The notes under the pieces were generated by a model that was not told where the DNA came from, made no database searches, and was given only the letters and a program-made list of their open reading frames with translations. Positions 40,578 to 49,240 of a stretch of DNA of 64,000 nt are shown here, piece by piece. The first letter of the stretch is position 1; every line of letters begins with the position of its first letter. The translations under genes were made by a program, and so were the position numbers. Location of the stretch: positions 32,001 through 96,000 of the forward strand of contig CAVYQE010000007.1 in assembly GCA_963770565.1 (NCBI GenBank). Reading direction: 5' to 3'. Source of the DNA: an uncultured Actinomycetota bacterium. Lineage in GTDB: Bacteria > Actinomycetota > Actinomycetes > JAFAQI01.

Positions 40578-42188
40578 ATGGCGGACTATGTGATTGTCGG
40601 CGCTGGATCCGCGGGTTGTGTGCTGGCCGCCCGCCTCACCGAGGATCCCTCGGTCTCGGTGACCTTGCTGGAGGCCGGTGGCCGCGACACCGCGCGCAAC
40701 ATTTCGATCCCAGCTGCCTTCGGCCAGCTGTTCCGGACCGACGTCGACTGGGACTTCGCCACCGACCCTGAGCCGGGCTGCGACGACCGCGAGATGTATT
40801 GGCCGCGTGGCAAGGTGCTCGGTGGCTCCTCGTCGATCAACGCGATGATCTACATCCGCGGCAACCGGGCGGACTTCGACGGCTGGCGCGACGGTGGCTG
40901 CGACGGCTGGGGGTACGACGACGTCCTGCCGTACTTCCTGCGGTCCGAGGGCAATGAGCGCGGCCGGTCGCAGTTCCACAATGCCGACGGCCCGCTGACC
41001 GTCTCCGACCAGCGATCGCCGCACCTGATCTCGCAGGCGTATGTGGAGGCGGCCGGCCAGGCCGGGCTGCCGATAAACCCGGATTTCAACGGCGCTACGC
41101 AGGACGGCATCGGGATCTACCAGGCGACGCAGCGCAGCGGTCGCCGCTGCTCGACCGCGACCGCGTTCTTGAAGCCGGCGCTCAACCGGCCGAACCTCTC
41201 GGTGGTGACCGGCGCACCGGCCGGCCGGGTCGTGGTCGAGCGCGGCCGGGCGACCGCAGTTGAGGTGCTGATCGACGGGCGACGGCAGGTGTTCCGGGCG
41301 GATCGCGAGATCGTGCTGGCTGGCGGCGCCATTGGCACCCCCCAGCTGCTCCTGCTCTCCGGGATCGGCCCGGCTGACGAGATCCGCGCGCACGGGATCG
41401 ACGTCGTCGTCGACTCGCCGAAGGTCGGGCGCAACCTGCAGGACCACGTCGTCGCCGGCGGCGCCTGGCACACCCCCGAGCCGATCACGATGGTCGGCGC
41501 GGACAAGAACATCAAGCACATCGCCAACTACCTGCTGCGCCGGCGCGGGCCGTTCTCCTCGGTCGTCGCCGAGGCCGGCGGGTTTATCCGGACCGATCCG
41601 TCGTTGCCGGCACCGGACATCCAGCTGTTGTTCGCGCCGGCGATGTTCCTCGATCACGGGTTCACCGATCCGCCCGGGCACGGCATCGCGTTGGCGCCGT
41701 ACCTGCTCACGCCCGAGAGCCGGGGGAGCATCACGCTCCGGTCCGCCGACCCGGCCGCCAAGCCGCACATCCAGGCCAACTACTACGCCGAGCGCGCGGA
41801 CCTCGATCGGATGCTGGCCGGCCTGCGGGTCTGCTTCGACATCGCCGCTCAACCCGCGCTTGCGCCGTACGTCAGTGGGCGCTTCCTGCCCACGGACGGC
41901 GCGGACGACGACCAGGCGCTGACCGAGTTCCTGCGGGCGAAGAGCGAGACGATCTACCACCCGGCCGGCACGGCGGCGATGGGGTCGGGCGACACCGATG
42001 TGTGCGATCCCCAGTTGCGGGTACGAGGGGTCAGTGGGTTGCGGGTCGCCGATGCGTCGGTCATGCCGACCGTCACCCGCGGCAACACCAATGCGCCGGT
42101 CATCATGATCGGCGAGAAGGCGGCCGACCTGCTCCGAGCTGGTTCGAGCTCGTCGCAGACGGTCGCGACCGGCTCGCCGGCGGCCTAA
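40578..42188 (+). CDS. GMC family oxidoreductase (choline dehydrogenase-like)
   Basis: IVGAGSAG, RGKVLGGSSSINAM, GRNLQDH, YHPAGT, GNTNAP. Confidence 0.9.
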   Translation: MADYVIVGAGSAGCVLAARLTEDPSVSVTLLEAGGRDTARNISIPAAFGQLFRTDVDWDFATDPEPGCDDREMYWPRGKVLGGSSSINAMIYIRGNRADFDGWRDGGCDGWGYDDVLPYFLRSEGNERGRSQFHNADGPLTVSDQRSPHLISQAYVEAAGQAGLPINPDFNGATQDGIGIYQATQRSGRRCSTATAFLKPALNRPNLSVVTGAPAGRVVVERGRATAVEVLIDGRRQVFRADREIVLAGGAIGTPQLLLLSGIGPADEIRAHGIDVVVDSPKVGRNLQDHVVAGGAWHTPEPITMVGADKNIKHIANYLLRRRGPFSSVVAEAGGFIRTDPSLPAPDIQLLFAPAMFLDHGFTDPPGHGIALAPYLLTPESRGSITLRSADPAAKPHIQANYYAERADLDRMLAGLRVCFDIAAQPALAPYVSGRFLPTDGADDDQALTEFLRAKSETIYHPAGTAAMGSGDTDVCDPQLRVRGVSGLRVADASVMPTVTRGNTNAPVIMIGEKAADLLRAGSSSSQTVATGSPAA

Positions 42189-42201
42189 GGAGTCGTTCGT
42201 C

Positions 42202-43038
42202 GTGACGGCAGTACCCGAGATCACCCTCAACAACGGGCAGAGCATTCCGCAGTTCGGCTTCGGCGTCTTCCAGGTCAAGCCGTCGGACACCGTCGACGCG
42301 ACGCTGACCGCCCTCGAGGCGGGCTACCGTCACCTCGACACCGCCGAGATGTACGGCAACGAGCGCGAGGTCGGCGAGGCCATCGGCAAGTCGGGCCTCG
42401 ATCGCTCGGACGTGTTCGTGACGAGCAAGCTCGACAACGGCTTCCACGAGCCGGCCGACGCGCGCCGCGCGTTCGATGCCTCGCTCGCCGCCCTCGGCTT
42501 CGACTACGTCGACCTGTTCCTCATCCACTGGCCGTTGCCCACCCGGTACGGCGGCGACTTCGTGTCGACCTGGGCGACGCTCGAGGAGTTCTACCGGGAC
42601 GGTCGGGCCCGCTCGATCGGCGTCTCGAACTTCCAGGCCAACCACCTTCGCCGGCTCCAGCAGGAGTGCACCGTCACTCCCGCGGTGAACCAGATCGAGG
42701 TGCATCCGTACCTGATCCAGGACGAGCTGCGTGCGGTCTGCGCCGAGCAGCAGATCGCGGTCGAGGCGTGGTCGCCGATCGGTCGGGGCCGGGTGCTCGA
42801 CGACCCGACGATCGGCACGATCGCGGCGCGGGTCGGCAAGACGCCGGCTCAAGTCGTCCTGCGCTGGCACGTGCAGCGCGGTGACATCGTCTTTCCCCGG
42901 TCGGTCCGCCCGGAGCGGATCCGGGAGAACATCGCAGTCTTCGACTTCGAACTCTCCGGCGACGACATGGCCGCGATCAGCGCGTTGAACCGCAACGAAC
43001 GGGTCGGCCCCGACCCCGACACCTTCGAAGGCGTCTAG
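42202..43038 (+). CDS. Aldo/keto reductase (2,5-diketo-D-gluconate reductase-like)
   Basis: GYRHLDTAEMYGNE, LFLIHWP, IGVSNF, NQIEVHP. Confidence 0.9.
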   Translation: MTAVPEITLNNGQSIPQFGFGVFQVKPSDTVDATLTALEAGYRHLDTAEMYGNEREVGEAIGKSGLDRSDVFVTSKLDNGFHEPADARRAFDASLAALGFDYVDLFLIHWPLPTRYGGDFVSTWATLEEFYRDGRARSIGVSNFQANHLRRLQQECTVTPAVNQIEVHPYLIQDELRAVCAEQQIAVEAWSPIGRGRVLDDPTIGTIAARVGKTPAQVVLRWHVQRGDIVFPRSVRPERIRENIAVFDFELSGDDMAAISALNRNERVGPDPDTFEGV

Positions 43039-43125
43039 CGCGCACTGTCGCCAAACTCCCGCCGATCTTCGCCCCATGACCACTTCTCCGGCGTGTCGCG
43101 CGAATTCCGGTATCGAGAACGACGA

Positions 43126-44400
43126 TCAGCTGCTGTGCGCAGTTCCTGCGGCGCGGGCGCGAGCTTCGGACAACGCTCGCTCTCGGGCGTTCTCGGTGAG
43201 CACGGCCGCGCGCTCGAACTCGGCGCGCGCCTCGTCGAGGCGGCCGAGCTTCCACAACAGGTCGCCACGCACGCTCGGCAGCAGGTGATATCCGGTCAGC
43301 TCCCTTGCGTCCGCGATCGCGTCGACGACGTCGAGACCGGCTTGCGGACCTGATGCCATCGAGACCGCAACCGCGCGGTTGAGCTCGATGATCGGCGACG
43401 GTCGGATCGCGACAAGTTCGGCGTACAGATCCGCCATCCGCGTCCATTCGGTGTCCTCGGCGCGGAAGGCGCGCGCGTGGCAAGCGGCGATCTCGGCCTG
43501 CAGCAGGTAAGGGCCTGAGCGCGCGCCGAGCGCCTCGGCCCGGGCGATCGCGGCGAGCCCGCGGTTGATCAGCAGCCGGTCCCAGCGCGTGCGGTCCTGG
43601 TCGAGCAACAGGATCGGCGTACCGTCCGGGGCGGTTCGCGCCGCGAACCGCGACGACTGGATCTCCATCAGCGCCACCAGACCGTGAACCTCCGGCTCAT
43701 CGGGCATGAGCTCGGCAAGCACCCGTCCGAGCCGCAGCGCGTCGTAGCAGAGCGCGGGCCGCATCCAGTCCTCGCCAGCCGTTGCTGAGTAGCCCTCGTT
43801 GTAGATCAGGTAGATCACTTCGAGTACGGCGGCGAGTCGCTCGTTGCGCTCCGCGCCGGCGGGCACCTCGAATGGCACGCCCGCGTTCGCGATCGCCTTC
43901 TTCGCCCGGACGATGCGTTGGGCGATCGTCGGCTCCGCGACCAGATAGGCGCGGGCGATCTCGGTCGTGGTGAGACCGCCGAGCATCCGCAGCGTCAGCG
44001 CGACCCGCGAGGGCATCGGCAGGACCGGATGGCAGGCGACGAACAGCAGCCGGAGCAGGTCGTCGTCGATGTCCTCGTCGACCACTCGGTCGAGGTCGGG
44101 ATCGTGGCCGGCGTCGGCCGCGGCGAGGTCGCGTCCGATCTCGGCGTACTTGCGTTCGAGCCGGCGGTTGCGCCGGAACAGGTCGATCGCGCGGCGTTTG
44201 GCGACGCTCATCAGCCAGGCGCCTGCGTTGCGCGGCACGCCGGAGGTCGGCCACTGCTCGAGCGCGGCGACGACCGCGTCCTGGGCGAGGTCCTCGGCGA
44301 GGCCGACGTCACCGGTGTAGCGGGCGAGACCGGCCACCAGACGCGGGAACTCGATCCGTACGACGGACTCGACCGCGGCCGAGGTGATGGAGTCCGTCAC
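43126..44400 (-). CDS. ECF42-type sigma factor with C-terminal TPR extension
   Basis: LAEDLAQDA, DDLLRLLFVACHP, YLIYNEGY, QDRTRWD, YLLQAEIAACH, LNRAVA; next to a DGPF gene. Confidence 0.9.
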   Translation of the reverse strand: MTDSITSAAVESVVRIEFPRLVAGLARYTGDVGLAEDLAQDAVVAALEQWPTSGVPRNAGAWLMSVAKRRAIDLFRRNRRLERKYAEIGRDLAAADAGHDPDLDRVVDEDIDDDLLRLLFVACHPVLPMPSRVALTLRMLGGLTTTEIARAYLVAEPTIAQRIVRAKKAIANAGVPFEVPAGAERNERLAAVLEVIYLIYNEGYSATAGEDWMRPALCYDALRLGRVLAELMPDEPEVHGLVALMEIQSSRFAARTAPDGTPILLLDQDRTRWDRLLINRGLAAIARAEALGARSGPYLLQAEIAACHARAFRAEDTEWTRMADLYAELVAIRPSPIIELNRAVAVSMASGPQAGLDVVDAIADARELTGYHLLPSVRGDLLWKLGRLDEARAEFERAAVLTENARERALSEARARAAGTAHSS

Positions 44401-44466
44401 GACACCCGATCAGACCATCCGCTGCCGGCTACCACCAAACTTGCGCACGGAGTGGCGCCGAGCCGC

Positions 44467-44521
44467 GCGCGGCGGCCGGCTGGCTGCGCTCTATGACAGC
44501 GAACCGGCCGCGGCGCGCGCA
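44467..44521. repeat. 55-bp palindromic intergenic repeat, copy 2
   Basis: GCGCGGCGGCCGGCTGGCTGCG...CAGCGAACCGGCCGCGGCGCGCGCA; matches reverse complement of 4171..4225. Confidence 0.7.
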
Positions 44522-44547
44522 GTCGTGTCGGGCCCGTCAGTGCGCGA

Positions 44548-44898
44548 CTACTCCGGGCCCATCACCGGGCGGATTCGCGACTCGCCGCCGCCGGCGACGG
44601 TGAGGAACCGCTTGGTCCACTCGATCGCCTCGTCCTTGTCGCGGCACTCCATCAGCGCCCAGCCACCGACCAGCTCCTTGGCCTCGGCGAACGGGCCGTC
44701 GGTGACGGTGAACTCGCCGTTCGTGTAGCTGATCTTGGTGCCCATCGAGCTCGGCGCGAGGCCGCCGGTTGCGAGCAGTACGCCGGCCTTGGTCGCCTCT
44801 TCGACGAAGGCGCCCATCTGCTCGTACATTTCCGGCGTCGGCTCGGGCATCGGGAGCGGCTCGTTCTCGCTGGCGAGGGTGTAGCCGAAGAATCGCAT
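44548..44898 (-). CDS. YciI/DGPF family protein
   Basis: VTDGPFAEAKELVGG motif. Confidence 0.9.
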   Translation of the reverse strand: MRFFGYTLASENEPLPMPEPTPEMYEQMGAFVEEATKAGVLLATGGLAPSSMGTKISYTNGEFTVTDGPFAEAKELVGGWALMECRDKDEAIEWTKRFLTVAGGGESRIRPVMGPE

Positions 44899-44991
44899 CG
44901 CAGTCGTCTCCGTTTCATCGGTTCGCGGCGCACCGCCGCGGTGCTCCGAGGATCCGGCCCGACGGGACGTCGTACCCGATCCTGCCCGTGC

Positions 44992-45018
44992 GTCGAACCA
45001 GCCGGACTCAGATCGACA
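44992..45018 (-). promoter_or_regulatory. ECF42-type promoter upstream of the DGPF gene
   Basis: Minus strand TGTCGA-N17-CGAC matches the ECF42 -35 TGTCGA / -10 CGWC consensus. Confidence 0.7.
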
Positions 45019-45050
45019 TCATCGCGAAACTTTCTTTGCGAGGTGCCGGC

Positions 45051-46046
45051 CTACGGTGCCGCGCCCGACGCGGGTTTCGATGTCGAGGCCGATGACGCCG
45101 ACGGGAATCCGGCGTAGTAGCGGCGCCAGATCAGCCGGTGGATCGGGATCAAGCGCGGGATCGACCGCACCCCAGGGAGGAACGGGATGAGCACGAACCC
45201 GAGGCTGAGGATCGCCATGATCCCCCACACCAGTGCGTCGGCATTGCCCGATGTGGTGAACGGCGACACCTGATACCAGAACGTGTAGAGCCACAACCAG
45301 GCTTGACCGGGGTAGTTGCCGGTCTCGTTCATCATTCCCCACTGGTCGCCGCCAAGATGCTGGGCGTCGGCGGTGTTCTCCAGGTACGCGCCGTCGGCGA
45401 TGAACAGCAGCGGTTGGGTGTAGTTGGTCTGGAAGAAGCCGCCGTGCAGCAGCAGGTCGCCGTCGAGGCCGCCGGACTGGGCCAGCGAAAGCAGCGAGCT
45501 GAGCATGACCGGAACCGGTCCGTAGCCGCCGCTCGCGACCTTGGCCGGATCGTTGCCCGGCGCCTTCGCCAGCGCGTCGTCGTACGCCGATGCCCACGTC
45601 TGCTGCTGGCCGGCCGTGGCGGAGTTCCACGCGCTGAGCGCGCTCGTCAACGCCGGGTTGCCGGGCACCTGCTTGAGCGGTCCGACCACGAAGTCGTTCG
45701 CGGTGTCGATCGGCTGGGTGACTCCGACGATGTGCTGCAGGGAGACCGGCCCGATCTTCTGGGCTGCGTCCGGGGTGTGGCTGTATGGCGCGCCGTACGT
45801 CGCGGTCCCGCTGGTTCCGTCGAGCTCGGTTGCGGCGGTGGCGACGAAGTCGTTCGGGTCGGCATGGCTCCAGCCCGACAGGGTGATCTGCTTCTCGTCC
45901 GGTGACGAGAACACGAGCGCTAGTACGACCGTGAGCAACGCGACGACGACGACGGCGATCACGAACTCCTTCACGATGTCGAAGTCGTGATAGCGGCCGC
46001 TCCACTCCGGAGTGTCAGCGGAGTTGCGGTGCGTAGCCCTGGTCAC
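45051..46046 (-). CDS. Membrane protein, diverged cytochrome b6f subunit IV-like with large extracytoplasmic insert
   Basis: GTGA-coupled to the cyt b gene; N-terminal TM after DIVKE; YPGQAWLWLYTFWYQV followed by a TM ending LIPFL. Confidence 0.65.
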   Translation of the reverse strand: MTRATHRNSADTPEWSGRYHDFDIVKEFVIAVVVVALLTVVLALVFSSPDEKQITLSGWSHADPNDFVATAATELDGTSGTATYGAPYSHTPDAAQKIGPVSLQHIVGVTQPIDTANDFVVGPLKQVPGNPALTSALSAWNSATAGQQQTWASAYDDALAKAPGNDPAKVASGGYGPVPVMLSSLLSLAQSGGLDGDLLLHGGFFQTNYTQPLLFIADGAYLENTADAQHLGGDQWGMMNETGNYPGQAWLWLYTFWYQVSPFTTSGNADALVWGIMAILSLGFVLIPFLPGVRSIPRLIPIHRLIWRRYYAGFPSASSASTSKPASGAAP

Positions 46047-46687
46047 GACGCCACCTCCTCGGTGCCGATGTCCCGTGGATCGCGCTCGAAGGGTGGGACG
46101 ACGCCTCGCCGGCGTACCTGCAGGACGTGGACCACGGTGAACAGACCGATGACGAGCGGCAGCAGCACGATGTGCCACATCAGCATCTGGCCGAAGTTCA
46201 AGACGTTGAAGTAGGCGCCGATGCCGACCGAGTTCAGGCCGTCCTTCGCCTGGGTGCTGATCCACTGAGAGTCGAAGTTGGACTGCACGAGGTAGCCGGT
46301 GAAGGCGGTCCCGATCGAGGTGAGGAAGCAGATCGAGCCGGTGATCCAGGTGCGCGCCCGGTGGCCCCGCCACGCGGCCATCCAGAACTTCCCCCACAGG
46401 TGGATGACCATGAAGGCCATGAACAGCTCGACACTCCACAGGTGCAGGCTGTTCACGAAGTGCCCAAGCCTCGCGCTGTGCCACCACTGGGGCCCGGCGA
46501 TCGCCAGGATGCCGCCGGAGATGAGTACGACGAGGAACGCGGCAATGGTCAGGACGCCGAAGACGTAGATCCACGACGCCACATAGATCGGTTGGCGGTC
46601 GGGCAGCAGGCGATCCGGCGGCAGGCTTCGCAGCGCACGTCCACGCAGCCGGCCGGTCCAGTTCGAGTCGGCGGCGGGCGCGGTCAT
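46043..46687 (-). CDS. Cytochrome b6-like (cytochrome b N-terminal domain) protein
   Basis: 214 aa; heme ligands H-x13-H (LHLWS...VIH) and H-x14-H (WHIV...VVH); TWITG, FTGYL. Confidence 0.85.
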   Translation of the reverse strand: MTAPAADSNWTGRLRGRALRSLPPDRLLPDRQPIYVASWIYVFGVLTIAAFLVVLISGGILAIAGPQWWHSARLGHFVNSLHLWSVELFMAFMVIHLWGKFWMAAWRGHRARTWITGSICFLTSIGTAFTGYLVQSNFDSQWISTQAKDGLNSVGIGAYFNVLNFGQMLMWHIVLLPLVIGLFTVVHVLQVRRRGVVPPFERDPRDIGTEEVAS

Positions 46688-46848
46688 GGCCGATCGCGCT
46701 TCGTCGGGAACGGCAGGAGGATCGCGAGCACGAACACGACCACCATCAAGATGATGACGGTCAGGTTCGCGACCGAGATCTGGATCACACCCCAGTGCAC
46801 ATAGTGCCCGAGGTGGTTCAAATTCACCGGTGCTGAGACCAGGCTCAC
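46684..46848 (-). CDS. 54-aa single-TM membrane peptide (not in ORF track)
   Basis: GTG at 46848 after GAGAGG; MSLVSAPVNLNHLGHYVHWGVIQISVANLTVIILMVVVFVLAILLPFPTKRDRP; ATGA-coupled to cyt b. Confidence 0.75.
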   Translation of the reverse strand: MSLVSAPVNLNHLGHYVHWGVIQISVANLTVIILMVVVFVLAILLPFPTKRDRP

Positions 46849-46912
46849 GGCGGACCTCTCAAGACGGCCTACTACAAAGAGTCGGACTCCCTGTCAGGCT
46901 GAGCCAAGCCCG

Positions 46913-46944
46913 TTGCCGCCGGTCCCGCTAGGGCCATAGGTCCC
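46913..46944 (-). promoter_or_regulatory. Tandem DosR/DevR-like boxes
   Basis: Minus strand GGGAC-CTAT-GGCCC (46931-46944) and weaker GGGAC-CGGC-GGCAA (46913-46926), 18 bp apart; consensus core GGGAC-N4-GTCCC. Confidence 0.55.
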
Positions 46945-46957
46945 GAGTGCGTTGAGG

Positions 46958-48001
46958 TCAGGCCAGGATGCGGTCGGCGATGTCGGCGCGATGAGCACGC
47001 GCGGTGGCGTCGAAGCCGAGATTCCACTGTGCGCGCTTGTAGTAGCGATGAAGCACGTGCTCCCAGGTGAAGCCGATCCCGCCGTGCACCTGGATCGACT
47101 GCTCGCAGGCGAACACCGCGCCTTCACCGCCCGCGACGCTCGCACCGGCGACCGCGAGGTCGGCGTCTGGGTCGTTCGCGCTCACTGCCCACGCCGCCCA
47201 GTACGCCATCGAACGCGCGAGCTGGAGGGCGACAAAGGTGTTGGAGACCCGGTGCGAGACGCCCTGGTAGGTGCCGATGACCCGCCCGAACTGCTGGCGT
47301 TCCTTCGCGTGCGCCGCGGCCAGGTCGAGGGCTTGCTGCGCGACGCCGACCGACTCGCACGCCAGCAAGGCCAGTGCCTGCCGTCGCGCGGCGGCGAGCT
47401 CGTCGGCGGTGGTGTCGAGCCGTCGCGCGGGCGTGGCGTCGAGCCGCAGTTCGCCGAGCCGGCGGGTGCGGTCCATCGTCGAGCGGCTGACCACGACCTC
47501 GGGATGGGCCGCGACGTCGACGGCGTACAGCCCATCGGCGGTGACGACGACGACGTCGGTCACCGAGGTCAGGTCGGGCACCAGGATCTTGGTGCCGGTC
47601 AGCGCGCCGGCCGCGGTCGCGGCGGTCGTGCTGTTGGTGCCGGCCGCGCGCAACGACGCCGGTCCGCCCGGCTCCGCCCAGGCGACGGTCGCGCTTCGCT
47701 CGCCGGCGCTGATCGCCTTGCGCAGCTCGTCGTCGAGCAGTGGCCAGGCCAGCCCCATGCTGGACCACCACGGCGCCGGCAGCAGTGCCTGACCGGTCTC
47801 CTCGGCGAGGACGGCGTGCTCGAGCAGGCCCAGGTCCGGGTCGAGCCAGCCGAGCTCGGCCAGCTCGCGCCAGGTGGCGGGATCCCAGCCAGCGTCGGAG
47901 TCGGCCAGCTCAACGATGCGGGCCGGCGGGAACCGGTCGTTGAGGTAGTCGCGAGCCGCCGCACGAAGCTGCTCCTGCTCGTCGGAAAACGCGAAGTCCA
48001 T
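46958..48001 (-). CDS. Acyl-CoA dehydrogenase (short partner subunit)
   Basis: MDFAFSDEQ, RQQFGRVIGTYQ, IQVHGGIGFTWEH. Confidence 0.9.
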   Translation of the reverse strand: MDFAFSDEQEQLRAAARDYLNDRFPPARIVELADSDAGWDPATWRELAELGWLDPDLGLLEHAVLAEETGQALLPAPWWSSMGLAWPLLDDELRKAISAGERSATVAWAEPGGPASLRAAGTNSTTAATAAGALTGTKILVPDLTSVTDVVVVTADGLYAVDVAAHPEVVVSRSTMDRTRRLGELRLDATPARRLDTTADELAAARRQALALLACESVGVAQQALDLAAAHAKERQQFGRVIGTYQGVSHRVSNTFVALQLARSMAYWAAWAVSANDPDADLAVAGASVAGGEGAVFACEQSIQVHGGIGFTWEHVLHRYYKRAQWNLGFDATARAHRADIADRILA

Positions 48002-48010
48002 CACTGTCTC

Positions 48011-49192
48011 CTAGCGGGAGCGGGGCAGGCCGACGACCCGCTCGGCGATGATGTTGCGCAGCACCTCGGACGTGCCCGCCTCGATCGTGTTGCCGCGGCT
48101 GCGCAGCTGCAGGTAGGCCCAGTAGCCGTCCCACACGCCACCTTCGGCGTCGAGCTGGGCGGCCAGGCCGGACACCGACTGGGCCAGCGAGGTGAGCCGC
48201 TGGTTGGTCTCGCTCCAGTGCAGCTTCGCGACCGAGCCCTCCGGCCCGGGTACGCCGGTCTTCTGCAGCGCGGTCAGCGAGCGGTAGTTGGTGAACCGCA
48301 GTGCCTGCAGGTCGATCCACAGCTGAGCGACCTGGTCGCGGACGACCGGATCGTCGGCCGGCCGATCGCCGTCCGCGGCGGGCAGCTTCACCAGCTCGAT
48401 CAGCCGATTGACCGAACGCTCGAGACCGGCGGTCAGCGCGAAGCCGAGCGTTCCCCGCTCGTGCAGCAGCGTCGTCATCGCGACGTTCCATCCGTCGCCG
48501 GGCGCGCCGAGCATCGACTCCTTCGGCACCCGGACATCGGTGAAGAAGATCTCGTTGAACTCCGGGTCACCAGTGATCTGACGCAGCGGTCGCACCTCGA
48601 CGCCCGGGGTGTGCATGTCGACCAAGAGGTAGGACAGCCCGCGGTGCCGCTCGGCGTCCGGGTCGGTGCGCACGACGAGAATGCACCAGTCGGCGATATG
48701 CGCCCAGCTCGACCAGACCTTCTGCCCGTTGACGACCCACTCGTCACCGTCGAGCTCGGCGCGGGTCTTGGCGCCGGCCAGGTCGGACCCGCTGCCTGGC
48801 TCCGAGAAGCCCTGGCACCAGACCTCCTCGCCGGACAGGAGTGGCGTGAGATACCGCTTCTTCTGCTCGTCGCTGCCCCACGCGATGATGGTCGGGCCGG
48901 CCATGCCGAGCCCGATCCCGCCGATGTGCTCGGGCGCGCCGATCCGGGCCGACTCCTCGAGGAAGACGCCCTGGAAGGTGTGCGGTGCGCCGCCGCCGCC
49001 GTACTCGGCCGGCCAGGTCAACCCGACGTACCCGGCGTCGTAAAGGCGCCGGCTCCACTCTCGCGAGTCCGCCTCCCGGGAGCGCCCGACGGTGGGGGCG
49101 CGAGTGGTCCAGTCTGCGGGCAGCGCGTCGAGCAGCCAATCACGTAGTTTCGCGCGGAATGCGGCTTCTTCGGGGGTGTCCCGGAAGTCCAC
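48011..49192 (-). CDS. Acyl-CoA dehydrogenase
   Basis: WCQGFSEPGSGSDLA, NGQKVWSS, FNEIFF, LHERG, TIEAGTSE; GTG at 49192 after GGAGG. Confidence 0.9.
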   Translation of the reverse strand: MDFRDTPEEAAFRAKLRDWLLDALPADWTTRAPTVGRSREADSREWSRRLYDAGYVGLTWPAEYGGGGAPHTFQGVFLEESARIGAPEHIGGIGLGMAGPTIIAWGSDEQKKRYLTPLLSGEEVWCQGFSEPGSGSDLAGAKTRAELDGDEWVVNGQKVWSSWAHIADWCILVVRTDPDAERHRGLSYLLVDMHTPGVEVRPLRQITGDPEFNEIFFTDVRVPKESMLGAPGDGWNVAMTTLLHERGTLGFALTAGLERSVNRLIELVKLPAADGDRPADDPVVRDQVAQLWIDLQALRFTNYRSLTALQKTGVPGPEGSVAKLHWSETNQRLTSLAQSVSGLAAQLDAEGGVWDGYWAYLQLRSRGNTIEAGTSEVLRNIIAERVVGLPRSR

Positions 49193-49210
49193 GCCGACCT
49201 CCTCGTGCGT

Positions 49211-49225
49211 CCGAACCTCGTTCGG
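49211..49225. promoter_or_regulatory. Palindromic operator-like site in divergent promoter
   Basis: CCGAAC-CTC-GTTCGG in the 48-bp gap between the ACAD operon and the acyl-CoA synthetase. Confidence 0.5.
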
Positions 49226-49240
49226 TGCACAGTAGTCGAC

